Assembly (NCBI GenBank): GCA_043824255.1
Contig: JBDRTG010000043.1
Location: 32,001-96,000, forward strand
DNA: 64,000 bases
Reading direction: 5' to 3'
Source of the DNA: a bacterium
Lineage (GTDB): Bacteria > JAHJDO01
Below, piece after piece: positions 39,277 to 49,172 of this stretch (positions are counted from its first letter, which is position 1; each line of letters begins with the position of its first letter). A model generated the notes under the pieces. The model ran no database searches. It had not been told where the DNA came from and saw only the letters and a program-made list of their open reading frames with translations. The position numbers were made by a program, and so were the translations under genes.

Positions 39277-41150
39277 TGCTTTTTCTTTTCGTCATCCTCC
39301 ACCTTATAGTCTGCATCTATTACATCTTCTTCTTTATCAGACTTTTTCTTTTCCTGCTTTGGTTCTGCCTGTGGTCCTGCCTGTGCCTGACCTCCTGCAC
39401 CTGCTTGCTGCTCTTTTGCAGCTTGCTGATACATGACTTCAGCTAATTTATGAGCAGCCTGCTGCAGGCTTTCAGAAGTCTTTTTCATCTGCTCAATATC
39501 ATTAGCCCCTAAAGCCTTTTTAGCTTCGTCCAGAGCAGATTGTATCTTGTCTTTCTCAGACGAATCTATCTTGTCTCCATGGTCCTTCAGAGATTTCTCT
39601 GTTGTATAAATCAGAGAATCCAATTGATTATGAACTTCAACTGCCTCTTTTTTCTTCTTATCCTCTTCTGCATGGGATTCGGCATCCTTAACCATCTTTT
39701 CTACCTCTTCTTCACTCAAACCCCCAGAGGATTTTATTACAATTGACTGTTCCTTACTTGTAGCTAAATCCTTGGCAGACACATGTGTGATTCCGTTTGC
39801 ATCAATATTAAAACTTACTTCTATTTGAGGCACTCCGCGTGGAGCGGAAGGGATGCCTACCAGATCAAACCTGCCAAGAGTTTTATTATACTGCGCCATT
39901 TCCCGCTCTCCCTGCAGCACATGTATGTTTACAGCAGGCTGATTATCCGCAGCAGTGCTGAATATCTGAGATTTCTTTGTTGGAATGGTTGTATTTCTTT
40001 CTATAAGTCTTGTGCAAACTCCCCCCAATGTTTCGATCCCGAGAGAAAGAGGAGTAACATCAAGAAGCGTTATATCTTTAACATCTCCTGAAAGCACACC
40101 GGCCTGTATAGCAGCTCCAACAGCAACAACCTCGTCCGGGTTAACGCCCTTATAAAGTTCTTTGCCAAAAAACTTCTTTACGGCTTCCTGAACCTTTGGA
40201 GACCTTGTCTGCCCGCCAACCAATATTACATGATCAATATCCTTTGTTTCCATTTTTGCATCAGCCAGCGCTTGTTTACACGGACCAATCGTGCTGTCTA
40301 CAAGCTCCTGTGTCAGTTTTTCCAACTGTGCACGCCTAAGTGTTATATCCAGATGCTTTGGTCCGCTTTGATCCGCTGTTATGAATGGAAGGTTTATGTT
40401 TGCTGTCTGAGCAGTAGAAAGCTCTACTTTTGCCTTCTCAGCGCCTTCTCTCAATCTCTGCATCGCCATCTTATCATTACTCAAATCCATACCATTGGAC
40501 TTTTTAAATTCGCTGACCAGCCAGTCAATAATCTTCTGGTCAAAGTCATCTCCTCCTAATTGCGTATTACCGTTAGTTGCCTTAACCTCAAAAACTCCAT
40601 CTCCAATATCAAGTATGGATATATCAAATGTTCCGCCGCCGAGATCGTACACTGCAATAATCTGTTCCTTTTTTTTATCAAGCCCGTATGCCAGAGAAGC
40701 CGCAGTCGGCTCATTTACTATTCTAAGCACTTCAAGACCTGCAATCTTTCCAGCATCCTTGGTAGCCTGTCTCTGGCTGTCGTCAAAATATGCAGGAACA
40801 GTAATAACCGCTTTTTCAACTTTATCTCCCAGATAGCTTTCCGCATCCTGTTTGAATTTCTGAAGTATTGCGGCAGAGATTTCAGGAGGAGTATATTCCT
40901 TATCACCGGCCTTTACCTTTACCTTTTGTCCCATCTTTCTCTTTATTGAGCTTATTGTATTCTCCGGATTTGACACTGCCTGCCTTTTAGCAATCTGTCC
41001 AACTAATCTTTCTCCTGTTTTGGATATTGCTACAACAGACGGAGTAGTTCTGCTTCCTTCTGCATTAGCAATAACAACGGGTTTTCCCCCTTCCATAACT
41101 GCCATGCAGGAATTAGTCGTTCCCAAATCAATACCTATCACTTTACCCAT
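39270..41150 (-). CDS. dnaK: Chaperone DnaK
   Basis: [34 protein letters not shown]. Confidence 0.98.
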   Translation of the reverse strand: MGKVIGIDLGTTNSCMAVMEGGKPVVIANAEGSRTTPSVVAISKTGERLVGQIAKRQAVSNPENTISSIKRKMGQKVKVKAGDKEYTPPEISAAILQKFKQDAESYLGDKVEKAVITVPAYFDDSQRQATKDAGKIAGLEVLRIVNEPTAASLAYGLDKKKEQIIAVYDLGGGTFDISILDIGDGVFEVKATNGNTQLGGDDFDQKIIDWLVSEFKKSNGMDLSNDKMAMQRLREGAEKAKVELSTAQTANINLPFITADQSGPKHLDITLRRAQLEKLTQELVDSTIGPCKQALADAKMETKDIDHVILVGGQTRSPKVQEAVKKFFGKELYKGVNPDEVVAVGAAIQAGVLSGDVKDITLLDVTPLSLGIETLGGVCTRLIERNTTIPTKKSQIFSTAADNQPAVNIHVLQGEREMAQYNKTLGRFDLVGIPSAPRGVPQIEVSFNIDANGITHVSAKDLATSKEQSIVIKSSGGLSEEEVEKMVKDAESHAEEDKKKKEAVEVHNQLDSLIYTTEKSLKDHGDKIDSSEKDKIQSALDEAKKALGANDIEQMKKTSESLQQAAHKLAEVMYQQAAKEQQAGAGGQAQAGPQAEPKQEKKKSDKEEDVIDADYKVEDDEKKKQD

Positions 41151-41174
41151 TACCAGTCCTCCTTTTTTATTCCA

Positions 41175-41675
41175 TTATTTATTTTGTTTTTTTGACACCT
41201 TTACAAGAGACGGCCTTATAACCTTTCCATGCAGCTTGTAACCTGTACTAACTTCTTCAACTACCGTGTCTTCAGGATATTTATCAGTTTCTACCTGCAT
41301 AACCGCTTCATGCTTATCAGGATTAAATTGAGTACCATGAGACCTGATTTCTTCCAGCCCATTTTGTCTCAAGATATCCTCAAATTGCTTTAGAACTAAT
41401 TCAATACCCTTTTTGAGATCTTTGATATTACTTACCTTATCCGCTGAGTCTACTGCTCTTTTAAAATTATCAACAACAGGTAATATCTCATTGATTAATT
41501 TCTCATTTGCAAATTTAGCAAGAGATTCATATTCTCTTGCAGTTCTCTTCTTGAAATTATCAAACTCTGCATGCAGTCTTAAAAGCTGATCATGCCTTTC
41601 ATCGCATAAACCGGATTTTTCTTCCAGCTTCTTCAGCTCTTTTTCGGTATATTTTGTTTTTTCCCGTGTCTTCAT
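41175..41675 (-). CDS. grpE: Nucleotide exchange factor GrpE
   Basis: AEFDNFKKR, FNPDKHEAV, GYKLHGKVIRP. Confidence 0.96.
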   Translation of the reverse strand: MKTREKTKYTEKELKKLEEKSGLCDERHDQLLRLHAEFDNFKKRTAREYESLAKFANEKLINEILPVVDNFKRAVDSADKVSNIKDLKKGIELVLKQFEDILRQNGLEEIRSHGTQFNPDKHEAVMQVETDKYPEDTVVEEVSTGYKLHGKVIRPSLVKVSKKQNK

Positions 41676-41689
41676 TTTTTTCTTCCTGC

Positions 41690-42742
41690 CTATTCAAGCA
41701 AGAGCTTTTTCATAATATCGCTAAGTTTACTCGCGGTATAATTTAATTTACTTATTACTCTTGAATATGCCATCCTTCTTGGACCTATTATGCCTAATGA
41801 TCCCATTGGAGATCCAAACAGGCCATACCTTATAGTAAGCAAACTACAATTTTCTATGTCGCTGTCCGCTGTTTCCCTGCCAATAAGAACTTTTATCCCG
41901 TTGCTGTCAATGGGCATATTAAGGATTTTAGATAAATATCTTGTATTCAACGCCCTGAACATAGCCTGTGCTTTATTAATATCACTAAATTCAGGATACT
42001 GCATAAGATATTCATAGCCGTCAATGAAAACCGTTTTTTCTTCCTCAAAAGAAAGAATTACATCCAGTATATCCATCACACAGTCATATACTGTTTCATC
42101 AAGATGGGAATATTTCTCTTTAAAAATCTCTCTGAAATCTGAGCGTATGTGAATAAAGTCAAGCCCTTCCAGGTTCTCATTCAGAAATGCACATATTCTT
42201 TGCATATCAGCACCAGATACTTCATCCCTGAAACAAACTACCTTTTTTTTCATGTCTCCTGAACGCATAATAATAATAATCATAATTCTGTGACCTTGAA
42301 GGGCTATGAGCTCCAAATGCTTGAATGTTCCGCTATCATGAAATCTTGGCAGTTCTGCAAATCCCATATAACTGGTTGTAAAAGACAACAGCTTTATTGT
42401 CTCTTTAATTATTGACTCAATATCGTAATTAAGACTTGAATATGCATCGTCTATAAAGTTTTTTTCTTCATCCGTAAGCAGTTCTGTCTTTATAAGAAAA
42501 TTAACATAAAAGCGGTACCCTTTATCAGTAGGGACTCTGCCTGCAGAAGTGTGAGGCTGTATCAAATACCCTTGCTCCTCCAACTTCACCAGAATATTCC
42601 TGACAGTAGCTGATGATACATTTAATTTACAATTCCTAACCAGTTTTTGTGAAGCAATAGGCTCTCCGGTATTAATATATGAATAAATTGCTGCCCTTAA
42701 GATATTTGCTTCTCTGTTGCCATCTACTGCTTTTCCAATCAT
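41690..42742 (-). CDS. hrcA: Heat-inducible transcription repressor
   Basis: SSATVRN, QPHTSAGRVPTDKGYR, IIGPRRMAY. Confidence 0.96.
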   Translation of the reverse strand: MIGKAVDGNREANILRAAIYSYINTGEPIASQKLVRNCKLNVSSATVRNILVKLEEQGYLIQPHTSAGRVPTDKGYRFYVNFLIKTELLTDEEKNFIDDAYSSLNYDIESIIKETIKLLSFTTSYMGFAELPRFHDSGTFKHLELIALQGHRIMIIIIMRSGDMKKKVVCFRDEVSGADMQRICAFLNENLEGLDFIHIRSDFREIFKEKYSHLDETVYDCVMDILDVILSFEEEKTVFIDGYEYLMQYPEFSDINKAQAMFRALNTRYLSKILNMPIDSNGIKVLIGRETADSDIENCSLLTIRYGLFGSPMGSLGIIGPRRMAYSRVISKLNYTASKLSDIMKKLLLE

Positions 42743-42755
42743 TCCTGCTCCTTTT

Positions 42756-42782
42756 TTAGCACTCTAAAGCGGAGAGTGCTAA
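42756..42782. promoter_or_regulatory. CIRCE operator
   Basis: Perfect TTAGCACTC-N9-GAGTGCTAA upstream of hrcA. Confidence 0.97.
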
Positions 42783-42792
42783 ACTTAAGCAT

Positions 42793-42821
42793 AAAATAGC
42801 AATTGAAGTGACTTTTGTCAA
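42793..42821 (-). promoter_or_regulatory. Sigma70 promoter of the hrcA operon
   Basis: Minus strand TTGACA-N17-TATTTT with extended TG. Confidence 0.7.
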
Positions 42822-42899
42822 GTTGAAAAAATCACCTTGATGACTGCGTATATTCAGCCCAATCTCCTATTCAATCGGGGAATTCGGGTGGTTGAGAAA

Positions 42900-43889
42900 C
42901 TATATCAATAGATTCAATATTACCTTAATCATTGTCTCCTTTTCAGATGCTTTAGTTGCTGCAATCATAAGTGTTAAGGCTACAAGCGTATTATCATCAA
43001 TCCGTTTATCTCCATTTTTACGGACTAAAAGCCCATTGCCTTGCAAGAAGCAAATAAAAAGCGCTGCTGCAATGCGTTTATTTCCATCCACAAAACTGTG
43101 GTTCTTAGTAACAAAATATAATAAATGAGCTGCTTTATTCTCAACTGTTGGATAAAGATCTGCGCCGTCAAATGTTTGGTAAATCGTTCCTATTGAACTT
43201 TTGAAACTTTTATCTTTTTCCTGTCCAACAAGTACGGAATCTTTAAATTTTCGCTTCATAGCTTCAATGATTTTTCTAGCTTCTTCGTAAGTGAGCTTAA
43301 ATTTTGACTGTCTTGTTCCTTTTGGCACAGAAAGCCGCTCATGATCAAAATCATCCAGGATATCAAGCGCATGTGAGTATTCGGTTATCACCTGAATAAG
43401 TCCTTTTGTCTCACCAGAAACTGCTTCAACCTGAATAACGTTGCCTAAAAGTCTTAACGATTTCTGTAATTCCTGATATTTATGCTGGGCAGACTTTAAC
43501 CGTTTCTCATTGATTGTATATCCGTTAACCAAATGCTGCTTAAGCACATTTGTTGCCCAGATTCTAAATTGTGTGCCTCTCTTGGAGTTAACCCGGTATC
43601 CTACGGAAATAATAATGTCAAGATTATAAAACTCTATATCCCTTTCTACTTGTCTTCCACCTTCGGTTTGAACCATTCGGAATTTCCGAATAGTTGAATT
43701 TTTATCCAGTTCTTTCTCTTTGTAAATATTTTTAATATGTTCATTTATCGTTGGAATTCCCTTTTCAAAAAGAATAGCCATCTGCTTTTGTGTAAGCCAG
43801 ACAGTTTCTTTTTCAAGCCTGACTTCGACTTTATTCCTATATACTATGACCTGCCCTTTAGACAAATCCTTAACGCTCATCTTATTCAT
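42900..43889 (-). CDS. RhuM-like domain fused to Fic/Doc domain
   Basis: ETVWLTQKQMA.LF, YNLD.IISVGYRVNSKRGTQFRIWA; HSFVDGNKR. Confidence 0.9.
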   Translation of the reverse strand: MNKMSVKDLSKGQVIVYRNKVEVRLEKETVWLTQKQMAILFEKGIPTINEHIKNIYKEKELDKNSTIRKFRMVQTEGGRQVERDIEFYNLDIIISVGYRVNSKRGTQFRIWATNVLKQHLVNGYTINEKRLKSAQHKYQELQKSLRLLGNVIQVEAVSGETKGLIQVITEYSHALDILDDFDHERLSVPKGTRQSKFKLTYEEARKIIEAMKRKFKDSVLVGQEKDKSFKSSIGTIYQTFDGADLYPTVENKAAHLLYFVTKNHSFVDGNKRIAAALFICFLQGNGLLVRKNGDKRIDDNTLVALTLMIAATKASEKETMIKVILNLLI

Positions 43890-43956
43890 AACACCGTATT
43901 ATAACACTCTTTAAAGAAAATTTGAAACTCGTATCTTCAGCCCAATTCCACTTTTC

Positions 43957-43998
43957 TGTCATTGCGAACGGAGTGAAGCAATCTCGTTTGTCATTCCG
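43957..43998. repeat. REP-like element
   Basis: TGTCATTGCGA-ACGGAGT-GAAGCAATCTC followed by TGTCATTCCG, a recurrent bacterial extragenic repeat motif. Confidence 0.6.
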
Positions 43999-44143
43999 CC
44001 GTTCGTATTCTTTGGCTTTTGCTTGCTTTACCCCGACAGCTGAAGCTATCGGATGCCCTCTCCATCGCAACCGCCTGCTTTAGCTGGCGGTTATCTGTAG
44101 ATTTGGTGAGAGCAAGAATTTTGTCAACGAGATCAACAAATGT
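43999..44143 (-). pseudogene. Relic of the C-terminus of a TaqI/Eco57I-like restriction-modification protein, interrupted by a palindromic element
   Basis: Minus-strand FVDLVDKILALTKSTD [insert] KQAKAKEYER. Confidence 0.55.
44030..44093. mobile_element. Tiny two-hairpin non-autonomous element (PATE/REP-like)
   Basis: Hairpins CCGACAGC-TGAA-GCTATCGG (44033-44052) and AACCGCC-N10-GGCGGTT (44069-44092). Confidence 0.45.
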
Positions 44144-44254
44144 TGTTGAGGGGTTTGGGGAAAGGGTGATGAGTCAGATTTTGCCTCGTTTGTAGATTGC
44201 CATTATTAGTTATCAGAATTTGTGATAAGTTACTTCCACAACATAAACTTTGTG

Positions 44255-44878
44255 TTACCCCTTGTTGCGATGTTGCAACCATTTCGGCCAGAAGTGCCAT
44301 ACCTCGTTCAATTTATCCAACTCTTCCCTCTTTGATATAAACTTATCTTTAACCCTTTTTATGACTTTCGGCCTCATGAAAGATACTTTTCCAACCTCCG
44401 AGTAAATATGACGAGGTGTTTTTAGGAAATGTTGCTCGTCCCATTCAGTTTTCCGGCGGGTATAGTCTACGATGAATTCACTGAAAGCGCCTATATCATC
44501 AATATCAACTAGCGAATAATTCCGTTCCAAAATTTCTATAATTTTGTCGTTGTTATTTTCAACCTGCTCGATATAAGCATTGGCAAGATTTAGAGTACGG
44601 GTTGATTCTTCGTTTAAAACTTTACGGGTTTCCTCATCATTGCTCCACTTTGGATCTCCATACACTTTGCGGTATGCCTGATGAAATTTGTCATTTATCT
44701 TAAATAGTCTCTTGTTTTGGGAAACAAAAAAATAGAGAGGTCCATAAAGATGCTGAAGTTGATCTCGCAGATTAGCGACTCTTCGTTCTACACATTTAGA
44801 CTTCCAGTGTATTATTGCGACAATAATACCGGCAACCGCACCACCCCCAATAAAACTCTGAAATATGTCAGTCCACAT
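44255..44878 (-). CDS. Hypothetical protein with N-terminal TM
   Basis: 207-aa ORF with RBS GGAG and an N-terminal hydrophobic helix. Confidence 0.65.
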   Translation of the reverse strand: MWTDIFQSFIGGGAVAGIIVAIIHWKSKCVERRVANLRDQLQHLYGPLYFFVSQNKRLFKINDKFHQAYRKVYGDPKWSNDEETRKVLNEESTRTLNLANAYIEQVENNNDKIIEILERNYSLVDIDDIGAFSEFIVDYTRRKTEWDEQHFLKTPRHIYSEVGKVSFMRPKVIKRVKDKFISKREELDKLNEVWHFWPKWLQHRNKG

Positions 44879-44890
44879 ACTTATTACTCC

Positions 44891-44974
44891 CTATTCCCCT
44901 TTTCCGCTCCCAAACCCATTCCACAATCCCCTCCTATTCTCTCTTGCTTCTTTTTCGTATTTTCTAAACTGTTT
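44891..44974 (-). pseudogene. Thermonuclease (SNase) C-terminal relic
   Basis: KQFRKYEKEARENRRGLWNG matches the SNase terminal E..AR...RGLW motif. Confidence 0.65.
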
Positions 44975-45397
44975 TTACCATCTATATCTAGCTTTAAAAC
45001 CCATTGACTTGTGTCTATGCCCGATTAATTTTAGCATTGGGCCAATGCTCGTCGCTCCATACTTATTTTGAAGTGTGGTTCTAACTACAATAGCAGATAC
45101 ATACCACCTTTTCTTACGCTTGCTAGTGCGTTGTATATAGTTCAATCCCGCTGTTTTAAATTCAGCATAAATACTATTTCCGTGCTCGTCCCACAAGGTT
45201 GCACAGTAAGTTCCTTTATCTACTTGAGATATATCTGTTGCGTAATTAAATTCAATTCTTATTATTTTGTTTTCATAGTCTGCCCAACTTAATTTAAGTT
45301 GCGAGATACTCATTCTTGTTTCTCCAGCTCTCACAGATGTCTCCGTTCCACAAAATAAAATCAAAAAGCAAACAATTAATAATATTTTAGTTCTCAT
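44975..45397 (-). CDS. Hypothetical exported protein, possible OB fold
   Basis: Signal peptide ending VRA-G; beta-rich. Confidence 0.55.
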   Translation of the reverse strand: MRTKILLIVCFLILFCGTETSVRAGETRMSISQLKLSWADYENKIIRIEFNYATDISQVDKGTYCATLWDEHGNSIYAEFKTAGLNYIQRTSKRKKRWYVSAIVVRTTLQNKYGATSIGPMLKLIGHRHKSMGFKARYRW

Positions 45398-45422
45398 TTT
45401 GCACCACCCCTTTTTCATATAT

Positions 45423-45803
45423 CTATTGCGGAGGCTTACATCTTTTACAAGGTCTATATAGCTTTCGTGCTTCGCTTAACTTCATTGGAATTTTGGATTT
45501 TCTGAGATAACTACAACTGTCTCTATGATAACATTTGCCTGTTCGTGTAACATAAACTATAGGATCATTTCTATTTGCGTCAGATGATACTCTAGTTGCT
45601 GATGAAGGAACATAATCTGATGATAGACTTTCCGCTTTACCTGAGTTATAGGTATTTACAATAGTCCCTTCTACTGTTACATATTTGCCGTATAGTTCTC
45701 CTGAATGAAGTTTAGAATCATCCCACTGATAGACTCTGTCCTGTGCATAGCAGAGTGTTGTAAATAGAGTAATGATTAGGATTAGATATATTAGCTTTTT
45801 CAT
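45423..45803 (-). CDS. Exported chimeric protein: partial OB-fold plus Ada-like Cys/His metal-binding tail
   Basis: YGKYVTVEGTIVNTYNSGKA, Ser-rich linker, VYVTRTGKCYHRDSC...YRPCKRCKPP. Confidence 0.6.
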   Translation of the reverse strand: MKKLIYLILIITLFTTLCYAQDRVYQWDDSKLHSGELYGKYVTVEGTIVNTYNSGKAESLSSDYVPSSATRVSSDANRNDPIVYVTRTGKCYHRDSCSYLRKSKIPMKLSEARKLYRPCKRCKPPQ

Positions 45804-45811
45804 AACGCCTC

Positions 45812-46255
45812 TTATCTATTTATTAAAAGTTGATTATTTGCAAATATAGAATCGACAACTTGTTGCACCTTTTTATTTGGATTAGGCCAACTATGTAGCC
45901 AGCGGTTATGGAATGCTCCGACTGCCAATAATTCATTAGTTTTATTATCATATATCATTACATCTAGTGCTTGAAAGTATATCGTTAAATCCCACTTCCA
46001 CATGTCAACATAAGTAACGTAGACATCCACACTATCCGGCTTTTCGCCCAAAGGCCCATAACTCGTTCTTATTCCTCTTCTAGATATAGCTTTTTGAATA
46101 TAAAGTCCTATGTTTCTCGTTGATTTATCATTCTTTACTACATAAGCCGTTTTGATGCTCTGTATTTTGTCGTAGTTATATGCTTGAGGTATTCTAACTA
46201 CTGAACAGCCACTAAGAAGTGATAGAGCTAGTAATATGGTTATTGGTTTTGTCAT
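45812..46255 (-). CDS. Putative lipoprotein
   Basis: Start moved to MTKPITILLALSLLSGC (lipobox); ATGA overlap with the upstream gene. Confidence 0.7.
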   Translation of the reverse strand: MTKPITILLALSLLSGCSVVRIPQAYNYDKIQSIKTAYVVKNDKSTRNIGLYIQKAISRRGIRTSYGPLGEKPDSVDVYVTYVDMWKWDLTIYFQALDVMIYDNKTNELLAVGAFHNRWLHSWPNPNKKVQQVVDSIFANNQLLINR

Positions 46256-46602
46256 TTTGATTTTCTTAATCTGTTTATAATAGCTCTTATTCCATAGAAG
46301 ATGCCAGATATAATTCCTATTAATATAATAAAAGTAACATATCCCAATCCTCTTGATAATGCCCCCTTCATTCGACCTGGTGCTATAATCCAGACCCACA
46401 AAAATAAAAACAATAACGAAATAATACCTATAATTTTTAATATAATTTTGGTCTTTTTTACCTTTGCTCTTTGTTTATCATATTGGATCTTTTCTTCTGC
46501 CACTTTTTTAGTTCTTCCACATATAGAACAAAAGTATTCGTCATGAGAGAATTCATATTCAACCATTTTTTGACATGTGGGACAATAATTTTTCGAATCC
46601 AT
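46252..46602 (-). CDS. Zinc-ribbon membrane protein
   Basis: CPTC...CSICG followed by two TM helices. Confidence 0.65.
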   Translation of the reverse strand: MDSKNYCPTCQKMVEYEFSHDEYFCSICGRTKKVAEEKIQYDKQRAKVKKTKIILKIIGIISLLFLFLWVWIIAPGRMKGALSRGLGYVTFIILIGIISGIFYGIRAIINRLRKSK

Positions 46603-46609
46603 TTTTGTT

Positions 46610-47173
46610 TTATTTATTCCTTTTCTTTCTTGAATATTCTTCTAATTCTTTAACAACAATTGCACGTTGTTTAGTATCAGGAATTGCAATAATTAATAAT
46701 TCGTTCAACCGATCCATAATTCTTTCATGATAAGGATTGGGGAAAACATTTCTGCCAATATATGTAAGATACTGTATTTCAACAAGACCTCTCTCCAATT
46801 TGACCAAATCACCCTCGATACCTATAACACTATTTTTAACTTGATCTATATCATTTTCACTTTTCTTTACGCTTTGTACAGCTTTTGATAATTCTTTTGC
46901 TTGGGATTCAATCGATCGTCGGAGAGTATTTATAATTTCAGCATCTTGACGTGCTTCTTCCTTTTTTTCTTTTATAAATTTTACATCGGCCCATTTGCTG
47001 CTAAAAATAAAGGAGCCAAGCTCCCCAAATTGGAAGAGGTAAACTGCACTTAAGATAATAAGGGTAAAAAAGAAAAGAAGTTTATATGTCAAATTTTCCT
47101 TTTTGCAAACTTGCCATAGTAATATGCTAAGCATGATAACCGCAAAAATTAAAAATATTATTTGTTCATTCAT
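46610..47173 (-). CDS. Hypothetical membrane protein with coiled coil
   Basis: Two N-terminal TM helices and a heptad-rich C-terminus. Confidence 0.6.
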   Translation of the reverse strand: MNEQIIFLIFAVIMLSILLWQVCKKENLTYKLLFFFTLIILSAVYLFQFGELGSFIFSSKWADVKFIKEKKEEARQDAEIINTLRRSIESQAKELSKAVQSVKKSENDIDQVKNSVIGIEGDLVKLERGLVEIQYLTYIGRNVFPNPYHERIMDRLNELLIIAIPDTKQRAIVVKELEEYSRKKRNK

Positions 47174-47203
47174 TTTTTAGGCCCAACATTCATCACTAAC
47201 CAC

Positions 47204-47270
47204 CCACTTCTACTTTAATACTACCCTATCTCAAATTGCCTAAAACCTCAATAAAGACTTGACCCTTTTT
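47204..47270. repeat. ~66 bp direct repeat (second copy 47638-47704) flanking the cupin gene
   Basis: CCACTTCTACTTTAATAYTACCCTAYCTCAAATTRCCTAAAACCTCAATAAAGACTTGACCCTTTTT with 3 mismatches between copies. Confidence 0.92.
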
Positions 47271-47300
47271 TAGTAGCGAATTGTTAGGCATTTTATTAAG

Positions 47301-47630
47301 TTATGATCGAATCATTGTTAGCAACATTTTGAAATTTTCTGTAGCCTTTAATGCATGAGGCTTATTTGCTGGCATAACAATCATCTGACCTGATTCTAAA
47401 GTATTTGGATTACCCGAAATTGTGATTTCTGCTTTGCCATCAAGAATATAAACCATAGCATCAAATGGAGCTGTATGTTCACTTAATGCCTGTCCTTTAC
47501 TAAATGCAAACAATGTTATCGTTCCAGTTTCTTTTTCTATTAAAGTTCTACTTACAACTGATTCATCTTGGTAATTCACTAAGTCATTTACAGTTTCTGG
47601 TTTCGCTTCTTGATTCATGTTTTCCTCCAT
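47301..47630 (-). CDS. Cupin domain protein
   Basis: TLFAFSKGQALSEHTAPFDA, MPANKPHAL. Confidence 0.9.
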   Translation of the reverse strand: MEENMNQEAKPETVNDLVNYQDESVVSRTLIEKETGTITLFAFSKGQALSEHTAPFDAMVYILDGKAEITISGNPNTLESGQMIVMPANKPHALKATENFKMLLTMIRS

Positions 47631-47702
47631 ATAACAGCCACTTCTACTTTAATATTACCCTACCTCAAATTACCTAAAACCTCAATAAAGACTTGACCCT
47701 TT

Positions 47703-49172
47703 TTATGTTGAAAATTTTTGAATTCTTTTCAGGCAGGTTTGTTTTCCCAGAACATCCATAACATCAAATATCGGCGGGCTTGCGGCGCGGCCGGTGAGTA
47801 CAACTCTTACAGGATGAATGACGTCTCCCGGCTTCAGACCTTTTTTCTCAATAAATGCTCTTACTGCGCTTTCAAGTGTTTCTATATCAAATGATTTTAC
47901 TCCTTCTATTACTCTGCATAACTCCTGTAGCATTTCTAAAACACCATCTTTCTTCAAGAACTTATTAACTGCTTTCTCCTCATATATCGGAGTGTCCATA
48001 AAAAAGTAATTTATAAGCTGTGGAATTTCAGAGAATTTTTTAAGCCTTTCCTGGATTAATCCAACTATTTTGGAAATTTTATCAATACTAACTTCCCTGG
48101 TGTCTTTTATAAACTTCGCCTTTTTTAACTCTTCCAAAGCGATGTCAGCAAGTTTTTCCAGAGACATTTTTCTTATATATAAACCATTCATCCAATCAAG
48201 CTTCTGGCTGTCAAAAACAGCATTTCTGTCATTTATCTTTTCTATTGAAAAGCTCTCTATAATTTCATCTTTGCTCATAACTTCACGGTTATCTCCGGGA
48301 GCCCAGCCAAGCAGGGTAAGAAAGTTGAGTAATGCATGAGGAAGATAGCCCATGTCTCTATATTCAAGAGGAGAAGCTGCGCCATGGCGTTTGCTCAATT
48401 TTGCCTTATCAGGTCCGAGAATCAAAGGAATATGCGCAAATTCAGGGGAATTAATTCCTAATGCCTTGTATACAGCAATCTGCTTCGGTGTGTTTGAGAT
48501 ATGGTCGTCCCCTCTTATAACATGAGTTATCTTCATTTCTATATCATCAACTACACACGCAAAGTTGTACGTTGGACCGGCATTGGATTTAACAATAACA
48601 AAATCATCCAGAACCGAGTTATCAATACGTATTTTCCCGTGAATAAGGTCTTTAAATTCTGTAGTGCCGGCAGTAGGTACTTTAAATCGCAAAACATGTT
48701 TTATGCCCTGCGAGGCTAGATGCTCTATTTCTTCTTTGCTTAAATTCCTGCATTTACCGTCATATCTGGGCGGCAATTTTTTCTTTTGCATCTGATGCCT
48801 CATCTCTGCAAGCCTTTCAGTAGTGCAGAAGCATGGATAAACCATATTTTTCTTGATCAATATATCTGCGTACTTTTTATATTTATCCAGTCTTTGCATC
48901 TGATAATAAGGGCCGAAATCTCCTCCAACATCAGGTCCCTCATCCCAATCCAGCCCAAACCATCTTAAGCTTTCAAGTATTAGACTTACTGATTCAGGAG
49001 TTGAGCGCTCTTTGTCAGTGTCCTCTATTCGAAGTATGAATTTCCCTCCTGTATGCCTTGCAAAAAGCCAGTTGAATATGGCAGTCCTTGTATTGCCAAG
49101 ATGAAGGGAACCTGTTGGGGACGGAGCAAAACGAACTCTTACATTCTTTAAATCAGCGTTGTTGTTATGCAT
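47703..49172 (-). CDS. gltX: Glutamate--tRNA ligase
   Basis: RFAPSPTG.LHLGN, LRIEDTD, THVIRGDDH, KLSKR. Confidence 0.97.
   Translation of the reverse strand: MHNNNADLKNVRVRFAPSPTGSLHLGNTRTAIFNWLFARHTGGKFILRIEDTDKERSTPESVSLILESLRWFGLDWDEGPDVGGDFGPYYQMQRLDKYKKYADILIKKNMVYPCFCTTERLAEMRHQMQKKKLPPRYDGKCRNLSKEEIEHLASQGIKHVLRFKVPTAGTTEFKDLIHGKIRIDNSVLDDFVIVKSNAGPTYNFACVVDDIEMKITHVIRGDDHISNTPKQIAVYKALGINSPEFAHIPLILGPDKAKLSKRHGAASPLEYRDMGYLPHALLNFLTLLGWAPGDNREVMSKDEIIESFSIEKINDRNAVFDSQKLDWMNGLYIRKMSLEKLADIALEELKKAKFIKDTREVSIDKISKIVGLIQERLKKFSEIPQLINYFFMDTPIYEEKAVNKFLKKDGVLEMLQELCRVIEGVKSFDIETLESAVRAFIEKKGLKPGDVIHPVRVVLTGRAASPPIFDVMDVLGKQTCLKRIQKFST

Noticed and set aside
38048..41241. Plus-strand ORFs antisense to dnaJ and dnaK, and similar shadow ORFs elsewhere
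   Set aside because: They lie opposite well-conserved genes and carry no motifs.
42841..42900. tRNA or ncRNA upstream of hrcA
   Set aside because: No cloverleaf or T-loop consensus; no tRNA or rRNA was recognised anywhere in the window.
43882..44070. 62-aa ORF as a real gene
   Set aside because: It is stitched together from a hairpin element, an R-M relic and a REP-like repeat.
42900..47700. Complete integron or prophage
   Set aside because: No integrase or phage genes; only one attC-like site; most small genes abut each other with no room for attC.
47204..47704. CRISPR array
   Set aside because: Only two 66-bp copies separated by a whole gene; no cas genes.
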